DNA of 64,000 nucleotides from Octopus bimaculoides (taxonomy: Eukaryota). The translations under genes and the position numbers were made by a program. Below are positions 62,553 through 64,000 of this stretch, piece by piece; positions within the stretch are counted from its first letter, which is position 1; the number at the start of each line of letters is the position of its first letter. Location: positions 13,021,027 to 13,085,026 of the forward strand of contig NC_068994.1 in NCBI RefSeq assembly GCF_001194135.2, read 5' to 3'. Below the pieces are notes generated by a model. The model was not told the DNA's origin and did no database searches. It saw only the letters and a list, made by a program, of their open reading frames with translations.

Positions 62553-63032
62553 CTCTTCTCCTGGTGACTTCTTTTCATCTTCACTTGATGATGCTGCTGC
62601 AGTATCCAATGTGGTGGGTGAAGTTATCGTTATCATTATATCCTGTTGGTCTTGTGGCTCCACTTGGGGGATCACTTCTTCATCATCAACAGCAGGTGTC
62701 ACCTCTACTACATCATCCGCTGCTGCTGCTGTTGCCGTTGTCGTTGCTGCTGCTGCTGCTGCTTCTACAGCATCACTTTCAAGATCTTGCAATGAAGTAT
62801 CGTCGGGGATTGGACTTACTGATGTGCTTTTTGCCAGCTCCTCTCCATCCTGCTCCTCGCTGCCGTCTTCGGAAGGAGAAGGCTCCAGCATCACAGAGTC
62901 CAGTGTATCGGTGGTAGGTGAGTGGACTAGTGTGGAGCTCAAAGGATCCTGGTCAATGTTGAGATGAGCAGTGTTAACGATATCGGAGATGATATCGTCG
63001 TCGTCATCATCCAGACACACAGACTGGTCCAT
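62553..63032 (-). CDS. TRAPPC12: TRAPPC12 first coding exon, acidic low-complexity N-terminus (MDQSVCLDDDDDD...KKSPGEE)
   Basis: ATG at 63032 in accATGg context, 19 nt after acceptor AG 63053-63052; 160 open codons; GT donor 62552; phase 0 joins next exon. Confidence 0.82.
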
Positions 63033-63051
63033 GGTGATGCTTATGTAGCCT
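63033..63051 (-). other. TRAPPC12: 5'UTR part of the TRAPPC12 start exon; transcription start lies further upstream
   Basis: Strong ttttcttttcttatag acceptor implies an upstream non-coding exon. Confidence 0.6.
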
Positions 63052-63764
63052 CTATAAGAAAAGAAAAGAAAGAGAGAAACACATTTCATAAATAGACTCA
63101 AACACAGTGTAACTACTATCCACCAACACACACACACACAGAGTAAGGGAGTTTATCTATGTATAATGATTGTTTCAAAAATAGGCACAAAACCTTCAAC
63201 TTGGGTAAGGGGGCGAGTTGATTATAGCAACCCCAGAGCTCAAATGGTACGTATTTTATTGACCCCAAAAGGATGAATAGCAAAGTTAACTTTGACGAAT
63301 TTTGAACTCAGAATCTAAAGATTGTATAAAAATGTCGCTAAAGATCATGTCTGACTGGCTAATGATTTTGCCAGCTTACCATCTTTAATCCATCTATAAT
63401 GGTTTCAAATTTTGAAAATAAGACCAGTAATTTCAAGGGTAGCAATAAGCCAATTACATCAATCCCAGTACTCAACAGATACGTTATTTTATCAACCTCA
63501 AAAGGATGAAAGGCAAAGTCAGCCACAGCAGAATTTGAACTCAGAGTGTTAAGACAAATGAAATGCCGCTATGCACTTTGCTTGGCATGCAAACGATTCT
63601 GCCGGCTCACTGCCATCTATAATGACACGTCAGATATAATGTAAATACAAGTCAGGTTCAGTAGAAGCTGCTGTTTAATTTCAGGTCAGCCTTGATCAAG
63701 AAGACCTGTGATCAAAGGCGTTCCAGTCATGGCCATTATTTTTGTTCAGGATTAGGTGCAGGCA

Positions 63765-64000
63765 TGTTGTTGACACTCCGTCGCTTACGACGTCGAGGGT
63801 TCCAGTTGATCTAATCAACGGAACAGCCTGCTCGTGAAATTAACGTGCAAGTGGCTGAGCACTCCACAGACACGTGTACCCTTAACGTAGTTCTCGGGGA
63901 TATTCAGCGTGACACAGTGTGACAAGGCTGACCCTTTGAATTACAGGCACAACAGAGACAGGAAGAAAGAGTGAGAGAAAGTTGTGGTGGAAGAGTACAG
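63765..64000 (-). mobile_element. SINE family B copy running off the window end
   Basis: gttgttg tail + gacactccgtcgcttacgacg 3' end. Confidence 0.88.

Noticed and set aside
62542-62967. Plus-strand ORFs overlapping TRAPPC12 exons (also 59675-60181)
   Set aside because: Antisense shadows of a low-complexity coding exon.

Overview
Eukaryotic, AT-rich draft-assembly window with many N gaps, dense in microsatellites and SINEs. The repeat landscape points to an Octopus genome (inference). Two conserved intron-rich genes converge tail to tail. ABHD2 (+) has six visible coding exons at 10541-36851 with an intact Ser-Asp-His triad; its start exon and one internal ~70-nt exon are not visible. TRAPPC12/TTC15 (-) has 12 coding exons from ATG 63032 to stop 46346, one of which runs into an N gap. 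Two phase-compatible minus-strand exons (6498-6413, 549-397) suggest a third, unidentified gene leaving the window on the left. The rest is mostly mobile DNA: at least four tRNA-derived SINE families, RTE LINE fragments (one with a PHD-like finger), Penelope relics including a CpG-decayed hammerhead ribozyme, a probable HERO-like fragment, a mariner deletion derivative, and Tc1/pogo, hAT and piggyBac-type MITEs. The least explained object is a ~600-bp GC-rich island in an ABHD2 intron (28255-28862). It holds two convergent ORF ends and is bounded by a 33-bp minisatellite on the left and one degenerate unit of it on the right. No true tRNA, rRNA or CRISPR was found. All identifications come from manual reading and remembered family motifs; no searches were run.
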